Shown here piece by piece: positions 27,835-43,233 of a stretch of DNA of 64,000 nucleotides. The stretch comes from the human T2T-CHM13v2.0 reference genome, Homo sapiens: assembly GCF_009914755.1 (NCBI RefSeq), contig NC_060934.1. One strand, written 5' to 3'. Under the pieces are notes generated by a model. That model saw only the letters and a program-made list of their open reading frames with translations. It was not told the DNA's origin and did not search any database. Position 1 is the stretch's first letter. Every line of letters begins with the position of its first letter. The translations under genes were made by a program, and so were the position numbers.

Positions 27835-27912
27835 TGATGTGGTTTGGCTTTGTGTCCCCACTCAAATCCCATCTCAAATTGTAATCCCCACCTGTCAATG
27901 GAGAGACCTTGT
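27835..27912 (+). mobile_element. THE1 LTR 5' stub
   Basis: tgatgtggtttggctttgtgtccccactcaaatc...ttgtaatcccca. Confidence 0.85.
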
Positions 27913-28052
27913 TGAAACCCCCTTTGCAAAATTATAACTGAGGAAATTATGTCAGTGAAGGAGATCAGACCTAACCGACCCCACCTTCCTTCTAACCCCT
28001 AAACTGTCTTTGTTCATTCCTGGGTGTAAGTGAAACTAGCCTTGGGAAGGAA
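27913..28052 (+). mobile_element. LTR8A 5' stub
   Basis: tgaaaccccctttgcaaaattataactgaggaaattatg; matches reverse complement of 25320-25455. Confidence 0.9.
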
Positions 28053-28590
28053 GACTTCTCTAAGTAGGCTACTTATATTCTTTGTAATGTTTTACACAGT
28101 TTACCTCTTTCATCATTGTTGTTTCATTTTAATTGATCATTTGTAGCATATTGTCATGACACAATTATTTAAGAATCAAGATTCAATTTCTGGTCCCAGT
28201 TCTAGTGGTGTAATTTTGTGCAAAAAAAAAACATGTCTCATGTCCATTTTCAGACTTGTGCTGCCTATTATCTTCAAAGCTCATATTAACATTCCACAGA
28301 ACTAGCTTCTCTAGAGATGAATTTTACCAAAAAGTGTACTAATACTTCAAACCAATAGATTATGTCACATGAAGCAAAAGTAAGAAGTAAAACAAATGGA
28401 GTGACATATGTGATGACCCTTGTTTTCAGAAAATATGTATATTTGTACCCCTAAATTATCCAGGGAACAAATAGAAAGTCTTAATCAAATTAAATAAAGT
28501 CATTACCTGAAAGATAAATCTAAAAACCTCAATAACTTAACATTTGCTTTTAACTATTTAGAAAGTATTAGAAATATGTGCAATTTCCAT

Positions 28591-29075
<485 letters not shown>

Positions 29076-29225
29076 TTAAACTTAATACCATTCCATAAGA
29101 TTTTGAATGTTTTTTAAGGAAAATATTTGATAAAAATGTTTTATTATTACAATTTACTATATCATCTCTATGTGCCAGACATCTAAGTTTAAGCATTTTA
29201 CATGTATTAGCACATGTAACCCTAA

Positions 29226-29912
29226 TGAAATTGCCTTTGCAAAATTATGACTGAGTCAGTGAAAGAGATCTAACTTAACCGACTCCATCTTGCTTCTAAC
29301 CTCCAAGCTGTCCTTGTTCATGCTTGGGTATAGGCTGAACTTACTTTGGGAGAAATTTTGTAGTTTATAGTTGAAACAAAGACAGTAACAGCCCTTTCCC
29401 AAAGCGGACCTCCTTCTTGCCTGAGGACTAGATTGCCTTTGTGAAATTAACGGTAGCCACAGGATTAGAAATTATGGTTTAGGAGTCATGCAGCTGGAGG
29501 CTACAAGATTCTGACCCTCTCTAAACTGCTCTTAAAATCAGTGCTTGAGTTATTTTGCAGATCCTGCACTTGATGGATCAGCTGGCCCCACCCAGATCAA
29601 TAAACTGGCTCATCTGATCTTGTGGCCTCCACCCAGGAACTGACTCAGCACAAGAAGAGAGCTTTAACTCCCTATGATTTCATCCCTTACCAGTCAGCAC
29701 TCCTGGCTCACTGGCTTATCCCCACCCACTAAGTTACCTTTAAAATCTCTGCTCCTCGAATGCTTGGGTAGACTGATTTGAGTAATAATAAAACCCCGGT
29801 CTCCCCCACGGCCGGCTCTGCGTGAATTACTTGTTCTCTATTGCAATTCCCCTGTCTTGAGGAATCAGCTCTGTCTAGCCAATGGGCGTGGTAAACCTCT
29901 TGGGTGGTTACA
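29226..29912 (+). mobile_element. LTR8 solo LTR (ERV1)
   Basis: tgaaattgcctttgcaaaattatgactgag...gggtggttaca; TSD ctaa/ctaa. Confidence 0.93.
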
Positions 29913-29971
29913 CTAACAATAACCTCTGTAGGAAGTGCTATTATTATGTCCTTCTTAAAGATAAGAAAGCT

Positions 29972-30352
<381 letters not shown>

Positions 30353-30400
30353 TCAGTGGAGCCGCCAGGGCTTAAGTCCAACTAGCCTGACTTCACTTAG

Positions 30401-30773
<373 letters not shown>

Positions 30774-30848
30774 TAAATGAGTCTTAAATAAGGAAAGAAT
30801 TGCTTTATCATTCAGATATTTAGATATATAAATGTATTAGAAGGCATT

Positions 30849-31717
30849 TGTAAACCAAAAAGTATCTGAGACAGGTCTCAATCAATTTAGAAGTTTATTT
30901 CGCCAAGGTTGAGGACATGTCTGTGACACAGCCTCAGGAGGTCCTGAGAACATGTACCCAAGGTGGTCAGGGTACAGCTTGGTTTTATACATTTTAAGGA
31001 AACATAGACATCAATCAGTACTTGTAAGATGTACATTGGTTCAGTCTGGGAAGGCAGGATGACTTAAAAAAAGGGGGTGAGGGGGAGCTCCAGGTCCTAG
31101 GTGGGTTCAAAGATTTCCCAATTGGCAATTGGTTGTAAGAGTTTATCAAAAGACCTGGAATCAATAGAAGGGAGAAAAGGGAGTGTCTGGGTTAAGATAA
31201 GGGATTGGGGAAATCAGGGTTTTTATTATGTAGTTGAAGACTCTAAGTAGCAATTTACAATAAATTGTAAATGATTCTTATCAGACTTAAAAAAGTTACT
31301 AGACTCAGTTAGTTCTCTCCTGGATCAGAATAAAGACCTGGAAAGGCAAAAGAATTATCTACAGAATGTAGTTTTTCCCCACAAGAGAGAGCTTTGCAGG
31401 ACCATTTCAAAATATGTGAAAGAAATATATTTTGGGGAAAAATTCTTGGGTTTCTTTTAGGGACTTCTATCTGTCATGTTGGTATCTTACTGCTACAAAG
31501 CATCAGCTTTGTCAGCCTTAAGGTTTCTGTTTTAATGTTAAATCTTGGTCAGCTGTGCTTGAATTCCAAAGGGAAGACAGTATGATGAGGCATGTCCAAC
31601 CCCCACTTCCCATTATGGCCTGAACTAACTTTTCAGGCTAACTTGGGAATGTGGTTGGTCAAGTGGAGGGATCTGTTCAATTGGTTGGAGAGCTTAAAAT
31701 TTTATTTTTGGTTTACA
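30849..31717 (-). mobile_element. MER4-family solo LTR (ERV1; MER4D/E-like)
   Basis: tgtaaaccaaaaagtatctgagacaggtctcaatcaatttagaag...attttatttttggtttaca. Confidence 0.88.
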
Positions 31718-31874
31718 TATCAATAAATAGGTTTATATTACATATCACATATCTCAAACCCAGATGAAATGATAATTAAATGGAAAGAAATACAACAATA
31801 AAACATACAATAGAATTGATGTCACCTCTTGTTTAAATAAGGCTCTCTAATTCTGAATGCAAAAAAATAATATA

Positions 31875-32890
31875 ACAAATATTTACACTGAGTCTCTTAT
31901 TTGCCAGGCATCATATTAAGGCATTATAGGTATGATGGTGAGTGACAGAGGACCAGTTTTTGCTGTAAAGACACAGCCATTAGCCCAAACAGACATTAAG
32001 CCATATCTACTTTAATGGCTATCTAATTACTACTTGGTACTCTGAAGAGGTTTGACCAGGATACCTGACTTTTGACATTAGGATCATGGAAGACATCCTT
32101 GAGGAAGTGACATTTGTTAGAAACAAAATGCTTATTCCTTGATGCCACGAAGAAATAGCACTCAAACATTAATTTTCTCAGCAAGGCAATTTTTACTTCT
32201 ATAGAAGAGTGTGACTTATAAATGGAGCAATGGCAAGAGCACACCTGAACAAGGGAGGGGAAGGGGTTCTTATCCCTGACGCAGGTAGCCCCTACTGCTG
32301 TGTTGTTCTCCTATTGGCTAAGGTTGGACTGCACAGTCTAAGCTAATTCCGATTGGCTATATTAAAGAGAGCATGGGTATGAGCCACAGTGGCAGGGTGA
32401 GCAGTTTGGTGGGAAAGACGGTTATGGAACAGGTAACTAAAAGTGACTTAGGTCAGAGCAGGTGACCAGGGGTGATTCAGGTCAAAGCAGGTGACAGGAA
32501 TGAGTCAGGATGGAGCAGGTGACCAGGGGAACAGATGTGAACTACTTATTAAAACTGATGGAAAATGTTGTTTAAAACTACGAGGAAGTTAAACTTTAAA
32601 ATGGAGGACAAAGAACTGAAAATACTGACATAGTGATTCTTTGAAGAAAAATCTAGAACTCACTGTATCCAACACATTGGAGCTGAGACATGAAGCTATG
32701 AGGGCAGTACAGGGGGCAAACAGTTTGGATGGGCAGGCAGGAAGATGTGATAGGAGAAAACTTCTGAAAAGGGTATATCATATATGCAAAGGCCATGTAT
32801 GGACCGGAGCTGGGTCTATTGAGAGCTATCAATAATGGTTAACAGGCTGTGTCACATGAAGAGAAGAGTGAGGTAAAATGTGTCTGGGTA
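31875..32890 (-). mobile_element. L2 split by LTR10A
   Basis: acaaatattt...tgccaggca...gaggaagtgacatt|ggagctgagacatgaag...atgcaaaggcc. Confidence 0.75.
32115..32674 (-). mobile_element. LTR10A solo LTR (HERV-I group)
   Basis: Reverse complement begins tgttggatacagtgagttctagatt...aagaatc; TSD catt/catt; internal 28-29-bp repeats. Confidence 0.88.
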
Positions 32891-32929
32891 AAATTTCTGA
32901 GTATATATAAATATAAGATGTTGAATACC

Positions 32930-33620
<691 letters not shown>

Positions 33621-33772
33621 TTTTATTTATCAATTGACCCATCTTTCCAACCATTCATTAAAATCTAACTGGGCAACCACTATATCCAGACAATAAGGAA
33701 AAAAATCTCCATTAAAGAAATAAATGGAATAATGGGTGGAATTTGAATATAAGAAAGGGCACTTAAGAAAAA

Positions 33773-33818
33773 GCCTGGGCGACAGAGTGAGACTCCATCT
33801 CAAAACAAAAAAAAAAAA
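33773..33818 (+). mobile_element. Extremely 5'-truncated Alu
   Basis: gcctgggcgacagagtgagactccatctc + A tail; TSD aagaaaaa. Confidence 0.88.
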
Positions 33819-33925
33819 AAGAAAAATACATTATTTTTTACAAGTTGACACCCAAGGGATCTCATGCAATATTTACATTATAAATAAAGTAGACCTAATA
33901 TATGTATGTGAATAACTTACAAACA

Positions 33926-33926
33926 C

Positions 33927-33968
<42 letters not shown>
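33926..33968. repeat. (TC)n microsatellite
   Basis: Direct run. Confidence 0.95.
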
Positions 33969-33971
<3 letters not shown>

Positions 33972-34579
33972 GGGGAATAGATACATTTTTGTAGTTATTT
34001 ATTTTACTGACTTAAGCAATATCAACCATAAAGAAATACTAGGAAAATAAATGGATGTTCAGTTTCACTTTATCAAGGGCTCTTTTGAAAACAGAATTAA
34101 ATGTTGTATTATTTTTCTTTCTTTTGAAAAATATTTTGTGTGTGAAGGCAGAATCTAAACTAGTTACTGGAAAAAAAATGTTTCCTATTGCCTGGAGTAA
34201 ATTATATGTTTAAGTACACGGAATGACATTCTTGCTAGATGGAATGACATTCTTGGTAGTCAGTTTGTTTCACATTTATTCTCTACAGAGAATAACAAAT
34301 TTCAATCATTTGGATTTACAGGGTAAAACAAAAGAGAACATCAATCTCTTTTAAATCCTTCAGTGTTGAACTGTACGGAATTTAAAAGAGGGTATGTGTT
34401 TCCTTGTGAAAGCTTTAACTGGACTACTTGAGTTCTCATAATTTATCTATGTCATCAGCACTCAATTGACAATTTGGAATTCGAGTAATTCCATAAAATG
34501 ATCTAGATACAGGAAAAAATATGAAAATGGATTTTCCTTTAAACCTTCCTCGTGCCTGAGCTTCCATTTCCATTTAAGC

Positions 34580-34900
34580 TGACAGCATAGTCCAGACTCA
34601 CATCACTTCATTCTTGGATTATTATGAAACCTAAACTGCTTTCTCTCCATTCAATCTGCTTTGCATAATATCACCAGATTAATTTTGCTAAAATGTATTC
34701 TTTTTATTATGTCACTATCCTGCTCAAATGCTCTCTATCATGTACAGGATGAAATTCAAATTATTTTGAAAGACATTCATAATTTCCTCCCCTCTAGCCA
34801 TAATCTGCCTTCCTTAACTTGTCTCCCACTATTCATTAGCATGAATCTCCAATCTTTATGTTTCTCTCCTGTCTCAGTGCATTCTCATTTTGTGTCTTTG
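34580..34900 (+). mobile_element. L2 fragment
   Basis: tccagactcacatcacttcattcttggattatt...atgtcactatcctgctcaaa...caggatgaaattcaaa. Confidence 0.65.
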
Positions 34901-34927
34901 TAGTACAGCTCTGTTCTTCATGAATGT

Positions 34928-35425
34928 TGTATTATTTTTTATTGTTGCTGTAATAAATTTCCAAAAATTCTGTAGCTTAAAACATCACAAATGTATTATC
35001 TTACAGTCCTGGAGGCTACAAGTTGACTTATGCCTCACTGTGTTAACATCAAGGTGTTGGCAGGACTGCTCTCCTCCTGGAGGCCCAACAGGATAATCTG
35101 TATCCAGCTTCCAGAGCCTGCCTGCATTTTTAAGCTCGTGGCCCCTTCTAGCTTCAAATCCAGAAATGGCTGATTGAGTCTTCCTCACGTTGCAGCACTC
35201 TGACTATTCTGCCTCACCCTTCCACATTCAAGGACCTTTTGATTACACTGGGTTCACACAGACTATCCAAAATAATCTCTCTATTTTCACATTAGCTATT
35301 TAGCATCAATTTATTCCATCTGCTCCCTAATTTACCTTTGCCTTGAAAGGTAACATATTCACAGATTCTGAAGGTTAAGGCATGATCACTGGGAGGTGGA
35401 GTGGGGAATTATTCTGCCTAGCACA
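34928..35425 (-). mobile_element. MLT1D-like solo LTR
   Basis: tgtatta...ttgctgtaataaatt...atcaaggtgttggcagg...taacatattcacag...attattctgcctagcaca. Confidence 0.88.
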
Positions 35426-35632
35426 GATAATATGACCATTTTCTCTTCCTTTATAAACTACAATTTTTTGGTTATTTTTCAATGCCCAGTTCACCTCTTC
35501 TATGAAGCTTTCTCAGATAGCAGTTAACCACAGTGGTTTCTCTTTCCTCTGAAGTTTTATAAACAGTACCATGCTTATACACTGACAAGAGTGGCTCCTG
35601 TTTTGCTCTTGTTCATTAAAAAGCCCCACTTT

Positions 35633-36016
<384 letters not shown>

Positions 36017-36161
36017 TCATAAATGGTAAACTTACCCATAACATTCTTTATTGTGAAATAACTAATTCTAATATAGATTTTGTGTGGACATAATGAGAGT
36101 ATTTTTTTGTTTTTATTTTTTAATATTATGGGATGTTTTTCTCATCTCTACTGGGAAGTAG

Positions 36162-36554
<393 letters not shown>

Positions 36555-36766
36555 TGACTCTGACCCTCCTAGAATAAGCCTTGAATATTTGAGTCACTGG
36601 TTATGAATGTGTCAAATCCTAAGTGCATTTATCCTGTTGAAATAATAGGGATAAGAGTAAATATTTTTATACAAAGGTGTTCATTGTTACATTATCTCCC
36701 AAGTCAGAATAATATAAATGTATAAATAAGGGATAGTTAAATTCCAAAAGAGGAATAACAATATTA

Positions 36767-37119
<353 letters not shown>

Positions 37120-37479
37120 AGTATATTCTTAAAGATTATGTAACAATGCAGGAAATAGTTATTTATAAATATATTTATATTCTTTAAAGAAAAAGCATGA
37201 CATAAAGCTATATAAAATAATTTCAAATCAAAAAAGAAAGTTTATATTTAAAAATAGAACTGGAAAGAAGTAAATTAAAGTAGTGAAAGGGGTTATACCA
37301 AGGGTGGGATTGTAAGAGATTTTAAAATATTTTTATACCTTTTCTTATTTTTCATATCAGTTCTAAATTAAACATATTTTTAGCTTTTGATAAATTATCT
37401 TAATTTATAACATATATGATCAAAATACACAATATGATTTTAAATTTGTAACAAAATTTGTTGCCTCCAGAAAACATTA

Positions 37480-37780
37480 AGTTCAAGAAATATTTACTAG
37501 ACATTTCCTAAGCACAGCATGCCGCACTACACGATAATATATAAGACACTGTCCCTGTCCTTAAGGAGCTCATCCTTAATAAGAAATTATACAAATAAAT
37601 AACTAATCACAATATTGAGTAATGATAGTAATATAGGTGGTATGTACATATACAGTACTCTCTCAGAGGGGGAAACAGTAATTCTTTTTAGGCTGTGGCC
37701 AGGGAAGGCTTCATAGGGGAGGTGACATTTGAGAAGAATTTTTTTAAATAAATGAGATTTTGCTAGTTTCTAATGAATAG
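37480..37780 (-). mobile_element. L2 3' fragment
   Basis: ttcaagaaatatttact...gtccctgtccttaaggagctca...agggaaggcttcataggggaggtgacatttgag. Confidence 0.8.
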
Positions 37781-38329
37781 AAATGTATTCTATAACTGTA
37801 ATTGATTTATATAACACAACATTGAATGTGAAATATAGAATTCTTCCATGAGATAGAAGAGCATAATTCTATTTTATGTGCTGGAACTTCTGGATTTCTT
37901 GTTGTGGTCATTGTCTCTCTGTCAGCTGGAACACTGTAATAATAGTATATTTAGTACTTCATTATGTTACATTTCAAAAGGCAAGAATGCACTAGCATAT
38001 TTTAGCCCAAATTATCCTGAAATCCAGCTTAATACATTTATGTTTGAGTAGATTCATTGACAGGTCCAACAAATGAATTTAATTTTTTGTGCAAATTTTG
38101 AATAAGGGAGACCTTAGGATCTTCATATTGCTCTGGTTAGTAGCTCTACAAATACTTGGAAAAAACCCCAGAGGATTTTAAGTAAAATAATGATTTTAAA
38201 ATATCAGATTGATTGCATTAGTACTACTAGCAATCCTACTACATTTCTCAGGTCACCCACTCTCTCTTTCCCTTTCTCTTTCTTAATTGGGAAATATTTA
38301 AACATCCCCATCTCCCCTTAGATCTCAGA

Positions 38330-39965
38330 CACCTCTTTGTTATTCTCTTTCTAGGTTGATGACCTTACACTCACCACCTCATTTACACATTCGTCTGAAT
38401 CTGTACCCATATACTCTGCCATCCTTCATAGTACCATGGATGAACAGTCCATTTTTCAATATAACCTCAAGCCTGCCTGGGCAGGTCACAGCCCTTCCCT
38501 CTTCCTGAAGTATATTACTCTAGTATTATCCATTGTTTCTCTGCATCTTCAATTTTTCTACGTTAATATTAACCATCAGTCTCAACAGTTTCAATACTTT
38601 CTCTCATCTTAGAAAAGCAAAAACCCTCTTCTGGTCTCACATTCTACTCCAGCTGTCACCCACATGTTTTCTTTCTTCAAAAGTAAAACCCCTCAAATGA
38701 GTTGCGTGTGCTCACTCTCTCTCTAACAGCTCTTCTCCCATCCTCACATGGAAGCACCCCAGCTGAGCTTTTCATCTCCACTACTTCGCTGAAACAGCTC
38801 TTGTCAACACCACCATTGTCATCCATGTTGTTTATGTGAAAACTTAATTTTCATTACTCATCATACTCCATCTATCAGCAGCTGATGAACACCTTCCCAG
38901 TGACCCACTTTCTTCATTTGGCTTCCAGATTGCCACTCTCTGCTGATTTTCATCTTACTTTATGGCTGCTCCTTCACAGCTTTTTGCTGATATCTTATTT
39001 TATCATGACCTTTAAAGTTCAGTTTCCCCAGGGCCAGTTCTTGGACAATTTCTCTTCTCAAGTCACACTCATTCCTCTGGGGAGCTCGTAAATTTCACAG
39101 CTTTACATAACATCAATATGTTGATGGTACACAAATTTATATATTCAGTCTACACGTATTTCTTGAACTCAAGTCTCTTACTATCAGCCTAGTAACCCTG
39201 AAGTTTCTTTAAAAATGCAGATCAGCTAATGCCCTTTCTCTGCTAAAAATTCACCCATGGATTCCCCGTCACTCACAATAAAAGCCAAACACCTGTCAAT
39301 GGCCTCTAAAGCCTCATCTAAGCTGGTTCTCCCATTGCCTCTGTCTTGTTTTCTTCCACTCTTCCTATCCATTCAGCCATCCTGATCTTCCTTATGTTCT
39401 TTAAACTTGGCAGGTGTTCTCCAGGCTTAGGGCATTTGAACTTACTGTTCCTCCAGATATCTTTGACTCAAACTCCAGCTATTTAAGGTCTTTAAATTTT
39501 CTCTTCTGAGTAAGGCTTCATCTTCTTCATCATATAACTCTCACTGCTTCATCATATGTCCCTTTTCCTGTTTTGCTTTTCTTCACAGTACTTATCATTG
39601 TCTTACATGGTGTATATTTTAACTATATATTTATTATCTATCTCCCTTCACTACATAAAGTCCATGAGAGGAGGAATTTGTGTCTGTTTTGCTGTTTGCT
39701 GCTGTACTTCCAGCATATAGCACTTGGCAAATAATGCATGTTCGATATATTGCTGGTTCACAAAGTGTGGTACCCAGAAACTTCAGAATAACCTGGAAGC
39801 TTTTAAGAAATGTGTTAGAAATGTCAATTCTTGGGCTCTGCCACAGTCCTACTAAATTTGAAACTCTGGGGATGGGCACCCACAGTCTGTTTTGACAAGC
39901 TCTCCAGGTGATTCTTATTTCTGCTGTCTGAGAATCACTGTGATGAATATTTGTTAAATGAGAGA
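38330..39965 (+). mobile_element. Long L2 (L2a-like) fragment to 3' end, with MER5A insertion
   Basis: ctgaaacagctcttgtcaa, cttcatttggcttccag, ataaaagccaaa, tccatgagagga...gcacttggca...atatttgttaaatga. Confidence 0.85.
39751..39940. mobile_element. MER5A (hAT-Charlie)
   Basis: tggttcacaaagtgtggt...ttagaaatg...ctctccaggtgattct...tgagaatcactg. Confidence 0.88.
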
Positions 39966-40483
39966 AGAAGTGAGAAAATTTTTATTCTTGTTACCCTTTT
40001 GACAAATATAGTAATCATGACAATGTTGGGGTTAAGGTGTCATATAAATAATAAGTAAAATTACTTTGTAGAATTTTTCTGATAAGATTCATAATCTAAT
40101 AAAAAAGTTCCAGTTTGTCATTTAGAAAATGAAAAATATACATTATGCTAAGACATGAATCCAAATCTATTGAAAAGTAGTAGATTTAGATAACCATAAT
40201 TGATTCTATAGAATTAATTTATGGTTTTAATTCTATTTTAGTGGAAACTTCTGTTAAAAATTTTTCCAAGAACTCTGTCCTATGATTTAAAAATTTAACA
40301 AAGCTGTTATGAATCAGTTTACTTCTCTTGGTCTTTCCCTATTCTTAGACTCTCAACTTTAATTTCATTAACTCAAATTGCTCTATGTCCTCTAAATCCA
40401 ATCACATCACATGTATACATCTACCTCACATTTGATGCCTGGGATACACTCTGTCCTGTTAATGAGATAAGGCTGATAGTGTA

Positions 40484-40782
40484 TAGTCTTCCCTTTGAAT
40501 CCACAGGGGATCAATTTCAGAACCCCTTGCAAATACCAAAATCGTGAAATGCTCAAGTCTCATAAAATAAGGCATAATATTTGCATATAACTTACTCATA
40601 TTCTACTGTACACTTTAAATAATCTTTAGGTTACTTAAAATACATAATACCATATAAATATTATGTAAATAGTTGTTGTACTGTATTGCTTTTTTATTTG
40701 TATTATTTTATTGTTGTATTATTTCAAAAAATTGGTTGAGTCTGCAGATGCAGAACCCATGCAGATACAGAACACTGATTCT
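40484..40782. mobile_element. MER2 (TcMar-Tigger)
   Basis: atccacagggga...ataccaaaatc...gctcaagtc...ttggttgagtctgcagatgcagaacccat. Confidence 0.85.
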
Positions 40783-41094
40783 ATTTTAGGTTGTGAAATA
40801 TGACGTATTTTGTGATTATGAAGCAAGCTAATAACTCCCTCCCTTAGTGTCTATGAATGAAGTTACTATGATTGTTTCTAAGATAAACAAGTATCTGTTA
40901 GCTCAAGACAAACCCAGTTTATGCTTGATGTTGCAATGTAAAATAGCATCCATCATCATTGAAAGGGTCCTGGTTTTATGATAAATTGTATGACCATCCT
41001 ATGTATATGTAATACACAATATAGTTACATATACACATATATATAATAATAATATTATGTATTAATATATATACTACCCTTAGTCTACATTTTT

Positions 41095-41308
41095 AAATAA
41101 TGTATAAAGAATATTAAATAATATTGTATATTAAAAATTTGCTAAAAGAATAGATTTTAGGTGCTATTAACACATGCTCACACATATAAACCATAATACG
41201 TGACTGTGTTAGGTAATGGATATGTTAATATGCTTAACTATAGTAATCATTTCACTAGCTATATGTATATCAAAACATATTGTATGCCTTAAGTATATAC
41301 AATAAAAA
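41095..41308 (+). mobile_element. L1MA-type 3' end
   Basis: aatttgctaaaagaatagattttag...ggtaatggatatgttaat...tatatcaaaaca...atacaataaaaa. Confidence 0.8.
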
Positions 41309-43233
41309 TCATTCCTATAAAATTTACAATAATGATAAAGGGTGAAAAAAGAATATGAAAAACCAAGGTTCTAATTATCTCTAATATTCACTAGAAATAT
41401 TAACTTTGAAAAAAGTTATTCAAAAAATCCAGATATACATCCTTTTAATACTATAGTGAGAAAGAAAAAATTTTAAGATTATGTTAATAAAGATGAATAC
41501 TATATGACCTTATGTATTTTCCTAAGAATTTTCACTTACTAATTTTATATTTTGTTTATATTAGATTTCATTAAAGTATCTTCCAGTTTGAATAATGTAT
41601 GTCAGTATAAATTTTCATAGTTCCCATATATCTCAATCAGGATTTTATGATATTACTACAACAGAAAAATGAAATTACAAATAAATTATTTTGACTCAAT
41701 TATTTTCCTTCATTGAGCCAGGTAATCCTACCAATCCTACTATTTATTTGACATTATGAAGATTTAATCTCAGACCTCAGGACTTTAAAAAGGGTCAATA
41801 GCTGTGTGCAGTAATTATCATTAGGTGTGATTAAAATTTCTGGATTTAATAAACTGGTTTTCCACAGGAATTTTTGACTTGCATCATGTTTTTGGGCCAA
41901 ACTAAAATGTATTGAAATATAGGATGAAACAAAGTAAATAAGATAAATTAATTTATCATCCTAAGTAAATACATGAATAAGTTTGTATACTTTTCCTTTA
42001 AAAATTCAGATCTTACATGAAAATTATACATTACTACAAACCAGATTTTGCCAACACATGGCTATTTCTTTACAATAATTTTTAAGGTCTTCTGGCTTTT
42101 TAAAATTTCATTTCCTTTTGAATATGAATTTGTTGAAAACTTGAAGTTTATTAATGGAGTCCTGTGTTCTAGACTTTGCTATCATGTATTGTTTTAATTT
42201 TAAAAATACGTGTTAGTTGCCAGGAATGTCGTATATGTAAGATAATCTATATTGAGATTTTTAACAATTACTTTGATTATCTGATCAATAGTATAGTTCA
42301 TTCAGACTACACAATCTTTGTACAAAGATGTTGGTTTACTTGATTCATTCTCTTAATTGTTTTGACTCTGCATTTAGTCTATATAATCAGCCTGTTTCTG
42401 GCAGTCTATTCATTACAGTTGTGCTGGCATCCACTCTGACTGCCATACCCAGAACAACTGTGTGGCATTCCGCATGTATAACAAAAACAGCTGGAGTAAA
42501 CACACTGACCTTCTCTTGACACCCCATGTAGGCGGTTTGTATACATAATCATGGCCACAGCCTGCTTGGCTTGTTCAAGGTCATATAACAAGTGTGGGTT
42601 TAGTTACAACTTGGAGCCCTTCAGTTTCTAGCCTGGGGTTGATCTTAAAAAAGCCAGTCCAAACTACTATTTTTTCCTTCATAAATGCTGTAAAAATAGT
42701 CTTAGTTTAATAAAGTACATACTTTTTATGAAAAAAAAGTTATACTAGTCTAAGGGTACTCCCTTTAATGAGTTGCTTTACAATTGGGATGTACATACTT
42801 TTAAGAGCTATTTTATTTTATTCTAGGCCAGAAGGCCCATCATGTTGGTGCATCTTCATTGACTATCAATTTTACTCCATTAGTTGGTGGAAAATAAGAA
42901 AAAACAAAAATAATATTTGAATAGTATGTAAAATCCATACACAGTTTTAAAAATATGAGCCTTCAAAAACATTAAATTTTGAGTGTCTGGTTTTAGGCTA
43001 AACAATCAGACACTTCAGGAGCAGAAGCTTCTTCTATTCTAGGTACCAATTATGGGTATTTTGGTGGAAAAGTTTGAGACTAGAAAATCTCAATGTCAGA
43101 GATTTTTTCCATCTTATTTAGCAAGTTATATACTTCTGCATGTTACATGTATTCTCTCAGAGAAAAGGTAGCCCTAAATAAAAATTGTTTTCTGTCTGTA
43201 TTGAAACAAATCTCAACTGTCTTCTAATCTATT

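Noticed and set aside
30849-31717. 13-bp terminal inverted repeats (tgtaaaccaaaaa/tttttggtttaca) suggesting a DNA transposon
   Set aside because: They are the TG...CA att ends of a MER4-family LTR, and the body matches MER4.
32430-32530. CRISPR-like array of ~29-bp repeats
   Set aside because: Head-to-tail degenerate units without unique spacers, inside a retroviral LTR in primate DNA.
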